Shown: positions 15,521 to 24,835, numbered from the stretch's first letter. The stretch is 32,771 nt of DNA from Candidatus Njordarchaeota archaeon (GCA_029856625.1 JAHKLG010000002.1:1-32771), one strand, 5' to 3'. Notes: a model not told the origin generated them from the letters alone. Translations and numbers: made by a program.

Positions 15521-17371
15521 TTAGCCTCCCCTAAGCATAGAATTTCTTAAAAGAAAACGTCTTAAGAAGTCCTCCTCGTTAATATCTCCGAGAATTTCAC
15601 TTAATTTAACAGATTTGATACCTAATTTCTCTTTTACACTTCTGTATTCTTGAAGAGATTTAATCCTACCCTTATAAATTAATATTCTCAAAACTCTCTT
15701 TGGGTTATACCCAGCAATTCTCACTATTTTTTCATCAAGATCATACTCCGCACATATTCTCGTTAACTCTTCTTCACTTAATCTTTTCACCAAATGCAGT
15801 ATCACGTCGCCCCGGATAGCGGATACGCCTATAAGATCTATGAATTCCTTTCCAGCGTAACTTAACATATTCTTTTTGCTGATCACCCTTGATAAGGGCT
15901 CTGGATCAATTGGTAATTTGAGCTTTAATTTCCCATTTACAAGTTCAATAAATTCGGTCGGCAGTGCATGGAAGTAATTTTCTAATATTTCTTCGTAAAG
16001 TACGGGAATTCTATATTTTAAGCAGAATGAAAATAAATAACTAGGTCTTAGCGCAATTGTCTCTGTTAAGTTCAATTCCTTAAGCCCTCTCATTACTAAT
16101 AGCCTAAGACTCCATAATAAGTCTGATTTATCTATCCTCTTAATAAACGGCAAAGCCTTACGTCCATGTTTCTGGACTATTTCTAATAAACTTTTGACAA
16201 AGGAAAGAGCCGGTTCCGGCTCTCCTTTTTCGTTTCTTTTTAACATTATTAGGCAAAAACCCCTCTCTGGCAAAAGCTCTTGCGTGTAAATTATATAGTT
16301 GTAATTATCTATAGCAAGCCTCGCTCCAATTATCTCAGAAGAGTCAAAAACTCTTAAGGAGGGAGCCTTAAAAGCATCTACTTCTCTAATAATTAGATCC
16401 TCGCTAATTCGTATATTTCTTTGGTCCTCCTCAATAATGAGCCTTTCTGGATCGTATTGCACAAATTCTATTCTAGTATATTGAGGTTTAAGTAAAACTT
16501 CCAATTCCTTCGATAAAAACTTTCTTTCTTTAAGAAATTCCCTAATATGCGATGCTAAAAGCTGTTCTTCACTTATACCCATTTCGCTTAATAATTTTTG
16601 TTTTAAATCTTCTGGATCCTTAGCTCCAAACTCTATGCCTATATGTTTGTACAATTCTTCGAAGAGATCTGGAGATATACTTCTCTCTTTAGAGATCTCT
16701 AAAAGAATTGTAGATAGATCCCTTGAAATATAAACTCCTGATACTATCATTGAACTTTTTTCATTACTCCCTCCTTTTAGAGATACGCTATATCCTAACA
16801 AATTCCATGCATCTTTTATTTTTCTGATAGGTGGTTTCGCCAGAACACTAAAGAAGATAGCATCCTTGAGAACCTCTTTAATCCTCATCCGTTCGTTTTC
16901 AATGACTTCCAGATACTCTTTAGGAGCTTGCTCTTCCAATGCCTCCATTTTCTCCAATGATTTTCTAAGATCTTTAATGATTTCTGATAACTCATCATAA
17001 GTTGAAACAATTTTGTTAATGACTTTTTCTAACAGAGCTCCACTCCTAAGAAGATTGGCTAATTCATTCTTTAATGGAATGATTATTTCCCTCGCTTTTG
17101 ATAACTTCTTAATATATTCGGGTTCTATTGCTGTTAGTTCCTCCCTAATCTTTTCGCATATTCCTCCTAGCTCATCTATTCTCTTTCGAATTTTTGCTAT
17201 ATAATCAATCAATTCATCTAACTCTCTCAACGAAAGATTTCTACGAGCCAATTCGAGCAATTTATCTAAGTACCGCATCTCATTTTCTAGTCTCTGAAAC
17301 TTATTCACCCTTTTTTTGTACTCTATTATGTCCTGCAAAAATCTAGATAACTCCTTATTTGTTGCAGTCAT
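15521..17371 (-). CDS. Large hypothetical protein (616 aa): N-terminal coiled coil, globular C-terminal two-thirds, C-terminus ..MLRGG
   Basis: Long uninterrupted ORF with protein-like composition. Its start overlaps the upstream PfkB gene by 17 nt. No catalytic or nucleotide-binding motif recognised. Confidence 0.7.
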   Translation of the reverse strand: MTATNKELSRFLQDIIEYKKRVNKFQRLENEMRYLDKLLELARRNLSLRELDELIDYIAKIRKRIDELGGICEKIREELTAIEPEYIKKLSKAREIIIPLKNELANLLRSGALLEKVINKIVSTYDELSEIIKDLRKSLEKMEALEEQAPKEYLEVIENERMRIKEVLKDAIFFSVLAKPPIRKIKDAWNLLGYSVSLKGGSNEKSSMIVSGVYISRDLSTILLEISKERSISPDLFEELYKHIGIEFGAKDPEDLKQKLLSEMGISEEQLLASHIREFLKERKFLSKELEVLLKPQYTRIEFVQYDPERLIIEEDQRNIRISEDLIIREVDAFKAPSLRVFDSSEIIGARLAIDNYNYIIYTQELLPERGFCLIMLKRNEKGEPEPALSFVKSLLEIVQKHGRKALPFIKRIDKSDLLWSLRLLVMRGLKELNLTETIALRPSYLFSFCLKYRIPVLYEEILENYFHALPTEFIELVNGKLKLKLPIDPEPLSRVISKKNMLSYAGKEFIDLIGVSAIRGDVILHLVKRLSEEELTRICAEYDLDEKIVRIAGYNPKRVLRILIYKGRIKSLQEYRSVKEKLGIKSVKLSEILGDINEEDFLRRFLLRNSMLRGG

Positions 17372-18311
17372 TCCGAATCAACTCTCCGCTTTTAATTACC
17401 CTCCTCAATATATTCTCTTTCCTTTCAATTAATAACGTGGTTATTTTCTTGATATTTTTTCTTAATAGTTTAGGGATTTCTAGAGTTCTTCCACATGATA
17501 GGTAACTTTTAGGAAACAGTGAACCATCTATTAAAAGTGATGCCAATGCATTAGCATACGAAAGACTTTCTGCTAAATCCATTGTCTCTTGATACTTAAT
17601 AGTAAAGGCGGAGATAAAAATATCTCCCGCACCTGTAGGATCTCCTTTAACTACATAAGCGGGCGCGTATACTTTCTTTTTCTCTTCTCGATCAAAAAGT
17701 AATGCTCCCCTATCACTTAAGGTTACAATAAATATTCTTCCCAACTTTCTTTTTAGAACACAATATTCTTCAAGCGAAGCTTTAACTATGGTAGCGTTAT
17801 TTATTATGGATAGCAGCTCTGGATTCGGTTTTGCAAGTATTATATGTCCATTTTTATCACTTTTCCTAAGGAACCCCTGAACATCTATTGCTACTAATTC
17901 ATACTTATCTACAAGGTATTCTACCACGCTCAAGTCAAATTCATGCATTACTGGGCTTAAGACAATTGGAGAGCTAGAGTAGTGCTTCTTGATCATATCT
18001 TTTATGCGAGGTAAATTAATTACGGTTATTTCCCTTGTAAGGATTCTTGACTTTCTTTGACCAGCCGCTTCATATACATGCTCAAACTTAATCGTAGTTG
18101 GTGTCTTAATAAAGTATCCCTTATACGGAACTTTACATGAAAAGTCTGCCCCAAGGGAACCTATGATATATGCTTCCCAACTTAAAACATCAGCTCCTAT
18201 TGAACAGAAAAAAGCAGGCCCTCCTATTCTAACTTCACCACCTATTTTATCAATTGTATAACTAGCAAGAATCAACAAGGACTTCATAATACTGCCCAGA
18301 ATCAAATTCAT
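17355..18311 (-). CDS. PfkB/ribokinase-family carbohydrate or nucleoside kinase
   Basis: C-terminal anion-hole motif GDPTGAGDIFISAF (DxxGAGD). N-terminal GGPAFF.. sheet region. 318 aa. Confidence 0.8.
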   Translation of the reverse strand: MNLILGSIMKSLLILASYTIDKIGGEVRIGGPAFFCSIGADVLSWEAYIIGSLGADFSCKVPYKGYFIKTPTTIKFEHVYEAAGQRKSRILTREITVINLPRIKDMIKKHYSSSPIVLSPVMHEFDLSVVEYLVDKYELVAIDVQGFLRKSDKNGHIILAKPNPELLSIINNATIVKASLEEYCVLKRKLGRIFIVTLSDRGALLFDREEKKKVYAPAYVVKGDPTGAGDIFISAFTIKYQETMDLAESLSYANALASLLIDGSLFPKSYLSCGRTLEIPKLLRKNIKKITTLLIERKENILRRVIKSGELIRNDCNK

Positions 18312-18427
18312 TTATTCGACATTATTTTATGGGGAGTACTTTTTAATAACTCAAAGAGAACGTAATAAGTATTTCTTGAAAAGCATTGCTGATAATTATG
18401 CTTGAAAAATTCGGGTGAATATAACAA

Positions 18428-18979
18428 ATGATTCATAGAAGAGAATTTAGCCATAACGAGAAATTAGAAGCTCAGAGAGACATGATTAAAAGATATCATT
18501 CTTCTTTTAGTGAATCTTGCTTAATATCCTTTGGAAGTTTTTTAATTGACAGTGCACTATTTAGAGTAAAGGATCCAAAAGTTAGAAGATGGTTGGAGAG
18601 ATTTCTCGGAGAAAATTCTGATGAACTAGAGATAAAGGTATTGGTGAGAACTAATCCATATAAGACTCTTCAAATTCTTTGGTCAAAGTACTTTAGGATA
18701 GCTTTAAAAGGACATAATTTGAAGACTTTTTTGCAAATAATAGATAAGCTGGAAGAGCTGAGATATAGTAAAGATGATGAGTGTTACATGAGGAAAGGCG
18801 TGAGAGTAATTCCGCTAGCACCCGCGTGGATTCCAGAAAATCGAGTTTTAATAGACTTAATACTCGAATATCTGGCAGGAAGAATCCCAGAAGAGGAAGC
18901 GAGAAGAGTATTTTATAGCGCTTTTTTAAGGATCTTTAAGGAAAATAATCCCCAAAAATTACCCAATTCCCTCACTTAA
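18428..18979 (+). CDS. Hypothetical protein
   Basis: 183-aa ORF with ATG start, upstream of and co-directional with rnhB (54-nt gap). No family recognised. Confidence 0.55.
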   Translation: MIHRREFSHNEKLEAQRDMIKRYHSSFSESCLISFGSFLIDSALFRVKDPKVRRWLERFLGENSDELEIKVLVRTNPYKTLQILWSKYFRIALKGHNLKTFLQIIDKLEELRYSKDDECYMRKGVRVIPLAPAWIPENRVLIDLILEYLAGRIPEEEARRVFYSAFLRIFKENNPQKLPNSLT

Positions 18980-19033
18980 AAATCGTGATATAGAATAATA
19001 ACACTAATATAGCCTTTACCTTAGCTTTAGGTA

Positions 19034-19735
19034 ATGATTAAAATGGCGGTCCCAGAGCCCAAATTTGATTTTTACATAATTAAGGATTCCAGAAATTTAT
19101 CATGCAATTCAATAATAATGGGGATAGATGAGGCAGGACGCGGACCTGTTCTTGGCCCATTAGTAATTTGTGGATTCGTCACCTGCGCCCTAAATGTACT
19201 TAGATTCCTTGAAATGGGATTAAAAGATTCAAAAGAATTAACTCCTCATCAGCGAGAGAGAATATACCTGCAACTTTTACGGCTTCCAGCAATAATTCTG
19301 GTGGCAGAAATCTGGCCTAGAACAATTGACAATTGGATAGAGTCTGGAAAAAGTTTAAATGAGCTAGAAGCGTACATTGCCTCGTATCTTATAAAAGAAG
19401 CTTATTCTAGATGTAAAAAAATAAGGTACGTCTTTATAGATGCCCCTTCGACATCAGAAAGTTACGAGAGATACCTTCATAAGTACTTAGTGTTGAATAA
19501 AATAGCTCTATTTGTTGAAGAAAAGGCTGATAAAACGCGCCTAATAGTCTCTGCAGCTTCCGTTATTGCTAAGTATATAAGAGACGCCAGAATCAGGGAA
19601 ATATCTAAGAGATTAGGAATTAATGTTGGTAGCGGATATCCAAGTGACCCTCACACAAGGAGAGTGCTTGGTCTTCTACTAGAAAGGTACCCCGAATTTG
19701 TTAGGAAGAGCTGGAAAACCATTAAAAAGCTTTGA
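19034..19735 (+). CDS. rnhB: Ribonuclease HII
   Basis: GIDEAGRGPVLGPLVI (catalytic DE), DSKELT, FIDAPS, ASVIAKYIRD, GSGYPSDP. The true start may be an internal ATG (19043 or 19118, giving MGIDEAGRG..). Confidence 0.9.
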   Translation: MIKMAVPEPKFDFYIIKDSRNLSCNSIIMGIDEAGRGPVLGPLVICGFVTCALNVLRFLEMGLKDSKELTPHQRERIYLQLLRLPAIILVAEIWPRTIDNWIESGKSLNELEAYIASYLIKEAYSRCKKIRYVFIDAPSTSESYERYLHKYLVLNKIALFVEEKADKTRLIVSAASVIAKYIRDARIREISKRLGINVGSGYPSDPHTRRVLGLLLERYPEFVRKSWKTIKKL

Positions 19736-19738
19736 TTT

Positions 19739-20191
19739 TTAACCCTTCTCTAATTGTTCCAGCCGTCTTCTTAATTGATCGATTTCCCCCTGCAACTTAT
19801 TCATCATTTCTTGAATTTGTAGCAGCATTCTTCTGGAGTTTTCAATTGATTCCCTAACTATTCGCTCTTTGTCATTCATTTTCTCTATAGCTTCCTCAAG
19901 AGTCATTGGTAACGCTATTTCCGCTCCCACATCAACTAAAACTTTCTCCTCAATCACAATCTCCCCTTTAACGAATACTCCACTACCTAAGTTTATTAGC
20001 CCAGATAATCTTTTCTGAGGCGACTTAACAAGCTCCTTGAGAGCATTCCGCGTTCTCACAATATCCGAAAGCATAACCATGTTAGCTTCAATTAATTGTT
20101 GGTAAACGCTTGCCAAGTTCTGTAATTCTAATACCCGCCCTAGTTTCGCTTGAAGACTCCTCCGTAACTCATCTATAGACGCTTCACTCAT
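19739..20191 (-). CDS. pfdA: Prefoldin alpha subunit
   Basis: 150 aa. Coiled-coil N- and C-terminal arms flank a double beta-hairpin core (LINLGSGVFVKGEI..KVLVDVGAEIALPMTLEEAIE). It sits directly downstream of rplX, as in many archaea. Confidence 0.85.
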   Translation of the reverse strand: MSEASIDELRRSLQAKLGRVLELQNLASVYQQLIEANMVMLSDIVRTRNALKELVKSPQKRLSGLINLGSGVFVKGEIVIEEKVLVDVGAEIALPMTLEEAIEKMNDKERIVRESIENSRRMLLQIQEMMNKLQGEIDQLRRRLEQLEKG

Positions 20192-20202
20192 TCTTAGTCA
20201 CC

Positions 20203-20460
20203 TTATGGAGCCCAAATAGCTGGATTTTCAGCCATTATTAACTTTCTTAACTTTGCGTTTTTAACTTCCTCTGGCGAGATTTCTTTAATATCTACAATCT
20301 CTATTTGTGTCCTCTTTAAGCCTTGGGAACCTATTTCGGAAAAGAATTTCTCAAGCGCATTCTCTAATGAAACAGCTCGAATCTCCTTTGAAACATAGAA
20401 AAACCTCTTAAGCCTACGGTATCTTCCAGTGATTCTATATGTTTTTATCTTAGAACTCAT
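20203..20460 (-). CDS. rplX: 50S ribosomal protein LX / L18Ae (eL20 family)
   Basis: KTYRITGRY..KEIRAVSLENALEKFFSEIGSQGLKRTQIEIVDIKEISPEE matches the LX pattern (..YxxxGSxHxxKRxxIxI..EI). 85 aa. GGAGG/GGTGG is present upstream. Confidence 0.8.
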   Translation of the reverse strand: MSSKIKTYRITGRYRRLKRFFYVSKEIRAVSLENALEKFFSEIGSQGLKRTQIEIVDIKEISPEEVKNAKLRKLIMAENPAIWAP

Positions 20461-20568
20461 CTAACCACCGCCTCCATTCTATTTGAAAGTCATGATGAAC
20501 AATCTTCTTTAGTACATTATAATAATTTTTTGCGTTAATCGGAAATGTCTTAGCTTTTAACTATGTTG

Positions 20569-20985
20569 CTAGCTACTACTGAGATAGTAAACTAGGAGGA
20601 GCGGGATACTTACGGATAATGTCTGAGAAAAAATGAATAATTCAAGATATTTATCAATAAATATAATCCAGTCCATTAACTCTGCGAATACCCAAATGAA
20701 AATCATATTCTGGATGCTTAATACTATGAAAACGCTTAGAAGAGGAATTTGTAACCAATGCTTAGAAATTATCTTTTCTGAAAGATATTCCCCGATCATA
20801 ACCGCCAGTAGATAGTTTGCAAAGAGAACTAAGGCTCCTACCACTAATAGGATTATCTCATCTCCTGAAACAGCTCCTATTCTACATCCAAAATATGCTT
20901 GAGGAACATAAGCTATGGAGAGTATCGTAAACATTAACAATTTATCACGCAAATAAAGACCCATCAATTCTCCCTCATTTCTCAC
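20569..20985 (-). CDS. Small integral membrane protein (about 4 TM), unknown function
   Basis: 138-aa hydrophobic ORF. Its start overlaps the stop of the NYN-domain gene by 4 nt. Confidence 0.55.
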   Translation of the reverse strand: MRNEGELMGLYLRDKLLMFTILSIAYVPQAYFGCRIGAVSGDEIILLVVGALVLFANYLLAVMIGEYLSEKIISKHWLQIPLLSVFIVLSIQNMIFIWVFAELMDWIIFIDKYLELFIFSQTLSVSIPLLLVYYLSSS

Positions 20986-21569
20986 TCTAAATTTTTCATT
21001 TCCTTAGGCTTTAACTCAATAATTTCGTCAGCTGCGTTTTTGAGAGATACCGAAAATCCCGGTTCAAAGCCCATAATGACAGCTATAGCACCTTCGCTTT
21101 TTATCTTCTGAAGAATCGGTAAGCATCTCGAATCTCTACTACCAATTATTATGACGTCAATAGCTTCTTCTTTTAAGAGTCGCATTACTTCAACGGCCAT
21201 CGCAACATGAATGTCTCCTACTGGAACCACACGGGGTTCAAATCCACTATTAGATAGCGCTTTTATGAGAGATGATGGAGCATCAGGACTTAAGAGAGCT
21301 ACTGCTATACTAACTCTACCGAATTTCTCTGCTTTCTTACGAATTTCTTTAAGTGATATCCTTTTTCCATTCACTTTACGGAGAAGATTTGGCCCATCTA
21401 CAATAATACCTACCTCCTTCTTGCTATGTCGAAATAGCTTCATTATATAATCTGATAATCTATTCTGAAGCAGTTCTAGGAATGATTGTGAACTGGACTC
21501 AGAACTATTTAACGAATTAATATCGTTGCCATCTTTGTTCTCTCTCATTATATCACCAAATACTTGCAA
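20982..21569 (-). CDS. NYN/LabA-like (PIN-related) domain protein, putative RNase
   Basis: GIIVDGPNLLRK.., ..VGDIHVAMAVEVMRL.., IDVIIIGSRDSRCLPILQKIK blocks are typical of the COG1432/LabA NYN fold with conserved acidic residues. Confidence 0.65.
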   Translation of the reverse strand: MQVFGDIMRENKDGNDINSLNSSESSSQSFLELLQNRLSDYIMKLFRHSKKEVGIIVDGPNLLRKVNGKRISLKEIRKKAEKFGRVSIAVALLSPDAPSSLIKALSNSGFEPRVVPVGDIHVAMAVEVMRLLKEEAIDVIIIGSRDSRCLPILQKIKSEGAIAVIMGFEPGFSVSLKNAADEIIELKPKEMKNLE

Positions 21570-21612
21570 AACTAAGATTCAGGGATATAATAGTATGGTA
21601 AAGTTATAGTCC

Positions 21613-23583
21613 TTAGATTGCAAAGAAAATGCTCTTTAATTTATTAACTATTCGAACCCTCTTGGTTTTCTCATGAATAATGGCATCAATGTACTCATTA
21701 ATTAAGGCATCATATTCTACTTTGCTTACTTCACCCTTCAAGAACTTCTCAGCTTCCTCAAAGATCATTCTGCGAATAATTGTCAATCGTCCCTCGATTC
21801 TCCTTAGCTCTGATGCATATTCCCTTACTTCTGGATATTGAGAGATAATCCTGCTTATTAACATAAAAATTGTTTCTCTCTTCTTATATGTCTCCTCTAT
21901 TTTGTTTCTGAGATCCATAAGCGTTGAGGCCGAAGGACGTCGCCCGAGAACTTCCCTAATAAGTTTCTGATCAGTTTCATTCTCGATTGCTATGTACTCC
22001 TCATACGCCTTTATTAACTGAGAAACCGTCGCTATTATACGTTTCCTTCTCGGAATTTCTGGCAATGCTCTCCTTCTCTTAACAGTGACTGCCTCTGTAA
22101 TCATTAACGTTAGAGTTACCAATACAATCGCCAAAGGTATCATTATGACTACAGCCCTTAGCAAGACTAATTTATTCATATCTATGCGCAGATGGATAAG
22201 CGTATTCATAGGGGGTATAAGCATAGAGAAATGTAGCCTTCTCTCCATGTAAGGAATTAATAATCTCTCTACCGTCCATCTGGACTCATTATACATTAGC
22301 TTGGGGTTGCAAGAGCTTAAATTCATGCTCAAAATATGAGGCGTTAATATTCTTAGGGTGTAGGAACTCATTGTTGCGTTTATTATTGGAGAGAGAGGGA
22401 TGCTCAGGGATATTGTGTCATTCTTAACTACTGGTTGAATAGTGTATTCAACATAGAATTTCACTAGTTCATTTCCAGTTACTGGCGTCCTTAATTTTAC
22501 TTCCACAAAAGTATAGTTTTCGAAAATCCCTTCGCCCTTATCTTCTGTAACATCTAATTTACCAAAATCATCGTATGCTCTTATGTTTTCTACGTTTTCT
22601 GCTAGGCCTATTCGCAACTTAAGAGTACCCCAGTCCCGCGCCACATTATGTGCATTCGAAGCTGGCGTTATCGCCTCAATATAAAATTCATCACGCACCC
22701 TTATCTTACCACTTGTTGTTATCTCTATTTCCCTAATCGCATTCGGAAACCTTAAAGGAAGATAGGTATATCCTTCAGGCGCTATGGTTTTGAGCTTGTA
22801 GAAGTATTTTATTTTTACCAATTTCTCATAAGGAGTAGAAAAATTGAATGGTTCTACATTAGATTCTACCCAGTATACCTCGCTACCCGATATCGATTTT
22901 CCTTCCTTTGGTTCGATATCTTCAAACGTAACCTGAACATCCCCGGTGGGTGGAGCGATTATGGATACTCTTGCTTTATCAAGCTTGTAGGGAAGAAGAG
23001 GCATTTTATAAACTACCAAGTAGCAATAAATATCATCATTGTTAGGACTCTCTAGCCAAGCAAAATTTGGTAAGTCACTTAACAGAATTATAGTGTACTC
23101 CTCTCCTTTGTAAATTGGTCTCTCAAATATAACGGCTATTCCAATATAGTCCTTGGAGAAAGTATGGATTCTCCACTCAATCTTCCTGAAATTTTCTTCT
23201 TTAAATGCCCCGAGGACTCTAAAGTATACTATTTTTCTCCAGAAATCCTTCGGATAATAAATTAGGATAGCATTAAAAGATCTTTCATCTTCGTTCTTAA
23301 TCTTTATAGTTTCGTTAAGAATAACATATAGGTAATCATTTATATTGAAAGTCCTGTAAACCTCGATTGAAATGTTTTGACGTTGTGAGGGAAAATTGGG
23401 CTCTACCGTCGATGAAACGGATCTCTTATTCGGAACTGCTGAAATATCAAATATACCAGGATTTTTTATTCTTCGAAAGTTTCTTTGAGAATATGTCATC
23501 ATTGGGAGCAATGCCAACTGAACCACTAATAGAATTACTAATAATCCTGAGACAAGTATAATGTTCTTGTTTCTTCCCAGCAT
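21613..23583 (-). CDS. Ribophorin I / OST1-like single-pass membrane glycoprotein (tentative)
   Basis: Signal/anchor, a ~440-aa extracytoplasmic domain with 8 sequons, a TM helix, then a KRRR stop-transfer and a ~160-aa coiled-coil tail. Several sequence blocks line up by eye with Ost1/RPN1 (see finding). AGGAGG (rc of 23594-23599) lies 10 nt upstream of the ATG. Confidence 0.5.
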   Translation of the reverse strand: MLGRNKNIILVSGLLVILLVVQLALLPMMTYSQRNFRRIKNPGIFDISAVPNKRSVSSTVEPNFPSQRQNISIEVYRTFNINDYLYVILNETIKIKNEDERSFNAILIYYPKDFWRKIVYFRVLGAFKEENFRKIEWRIHTFSKDYIGIAVIFERPIYKGEEYTIILLSDLPNFAWLESPNNDDIYCYLVVYKMPLLPYKLDKARVSIIAPPTGDVQVTFEDIEPKEGKSISGSEVYWVESNVEPFNFSTPYEKLVKIKYFYKLKTIAPEGYTYLPLRFPNAIREIEITTSGKIRVRDEFYIEAITPASNAHNVARDWGTLKLRIGLAENVENIRAYDDFGKLDVTEDKGEGIFENYTFVEVKLRTPVTGNELVKFYVEYTIQPVVKNDTISLSIPLSPIINATMSSYTLRILTPHILSMNLSSCNPKLMYNESRWTVERLLIPYMERRLHFSMLIPPMNTLIHLRIDMNKLVLLRAVVIMIPLAIVLVTLTLMITEAVTVKRRRALPEIPRRKRIIATVSQLIKAYEEYIAIENETDQKLIREVLGRRPSASTLMDLRNKIEETYKKRETIFMLISRIISQYPEVREYASELRRIEGRLTIIRRMIFEEAEKFLKGEVSKVEYDALINEYIDAIIHEKTKRVRIVNKLKSIFFAI

Positions 23584-23677
23584 TCTTTTCAGCCTCCTTA
23601 TTTAGGTAAAGATAAGACCCTAAATATATGAAATCTCAGCATACTTACTCTTGCGAAATTAGTTTTTCAGCCTCTTT

Positions 23678-24835
23678 TCAATCCGTGTAAATTGTGAGTA
23701 CATCACCATCTTCCAATGGAAAACTAAGACCTACTCTCATTTTTCGGATTTTTGAATATTTGCGTTCTACTATCGCAAATTTAAATTTTCTAACAAAATC
23801 ACTGTGAATCCTTTCTGCAGCATCCTTTACGGTAGCTCCGCGTGTTAAGACTATGGCTCTTTCTGCTATTTTCCCATCCTTCTTTGTCCATATGCGTATA
23901 AGATTTAATTCCTCTATGATCCCTCTTCCTATTTCAGTGCGCCCAATTCTTTTTATCGCAGAAACGGGAATTACTCGGAGACCTTTAACTATTGTTTTTA
24001 GCTCAGCATAAGCCCCATACGATCCTGGCAAGTCGCCTTTTGTCGCAATAACTATAGCTTTCTTAAAGACCGTCCTCCTATCCAGTGCGTTTAAAATATC
24101 CTCCTCATCTACTGGACCATGTATTTCGAGAATACAATTCTGGATTCCCATACTGGTTAAGAATTCTTTGAGCTCTTCTATGGAGAAAACCGTGTATTGG
24201 GCACCGTATATCTGAATACCTCCTCTAGATAATTTTAAGAATCTAATAGGTGGCTTGGGACGATCTATTACTATCCTAGCATCTTTAAGGACCTTAAAAA
24301 GGACCTTTATTTGCCATTTAACATCTTGAGATAAGTCTATTACCAGACCTACTATATCTGAGTTTCTTACAATTGACAATAGAGCTCTACCATTTGGCGT
24401 CTCATCTATGTTTTCAGATAGGATAGGTGGAAGATCTATGACTTGAATCCACACTCCCTCGTATTTAAAGATTCCAATGGAGGGCAGAATAGTTGTCTTA
24501 CCCACCTCTTTCGTATTTTCTGTGAGCATATTGAAAAGAGATGTTTTACCCACACCGGGCAGACCAAGTAATGTGAATTGTACATCTCCTTCTTTAGGAA
24601 TAGAAAAATACGGAGCCCCTCTTCTCTTCTTAGCTATTTCTTGCTTTTTTGATAATTCAAGCTTGAGTTTCATTAACGTTTTCTTAGCATGCATTAAGAG
24701 TTTTTCTGTTCCCTTGTGTTTAGGCGTAAGAGAGATGAATTCCTCAAGAGCCCTTATTTTCTCCTCTAAAGTTTTCGCCTCCAGATACTTCTGGTAAGCC
24801 GCCTTGGCTTCTGCAGGTAAATTTGCCGGCATCAA
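23678..24835 (-). CDS. DRG/Rbg-type (Obg-like) GTPase with C-terminal TGS domain
   Basis: Helical N-terminus (..KYLEAKTLEEKIRALEEF..), G1 GLPGVGKTSLFN, G3 DLPP, G4-like ATKGD. TGS-like C-terminus (VKDAAERIHSDFVRKFKFA..GDVLTIY). Confidence 0.85.
   Translation of the reverse strand: MMPANLPAEAKAAYQKYLEAKTLEEKIRALEEFISLTPKHKGTEKLLMHAKKTLMKLKLELSKKQEIAKKRRGAPYFSIPKEGDVQFTLLGLPGVGKTSLFNMLTENTKEVGKTTILPSIGIFKYEGVWIQVIDLPPILSENIDETPNGRALLSIVRNSDIVGLVIDLSQDVKWQIKVLFKVLKDARIVIDRPKPPIRFLKLSRGGIQIYGAQYTVFSIEELKEFLTSMGIQNCILEIHGPVDEEDILNALDRRTVFKKAIVIATKGDLPGSYGAYAELKTIVKGLRVIPVSAIKRIGRTEIGRGIIEELNLIRIWTKKDGKIAERAIVLTRGATVKDAAERIHSDFVRKFKFAIVERKYSKIRKMRVGLSFPLEDGDVLTIYTD

Noticed and set aside
20492-20498. 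A perfect C-box heptamer ATGATGA lies in the rplX upstream spacer and could mark another C/D sRNA.
   Set aside because: There is no D', C' or D (CTGA) box at the required ~12-nt spacings. The nearest CTGA is ~80 nt away inside the next ORF. The region is better explained as the rplX promoter and 5' UTR on the opposite strand.
23586-23674. An 11-mer TTTTCAGCCTC occurs as a direct repeat at 23586-23596 and 23664-23674, in the spacer upstream of the ribophorin-like gene.
   Set aside because: One copy is simply the SD region (AGGAGGCTGAAAA on the minus strand). The repeat is short and AT-rich, occurs only twice, and shows no further structure.
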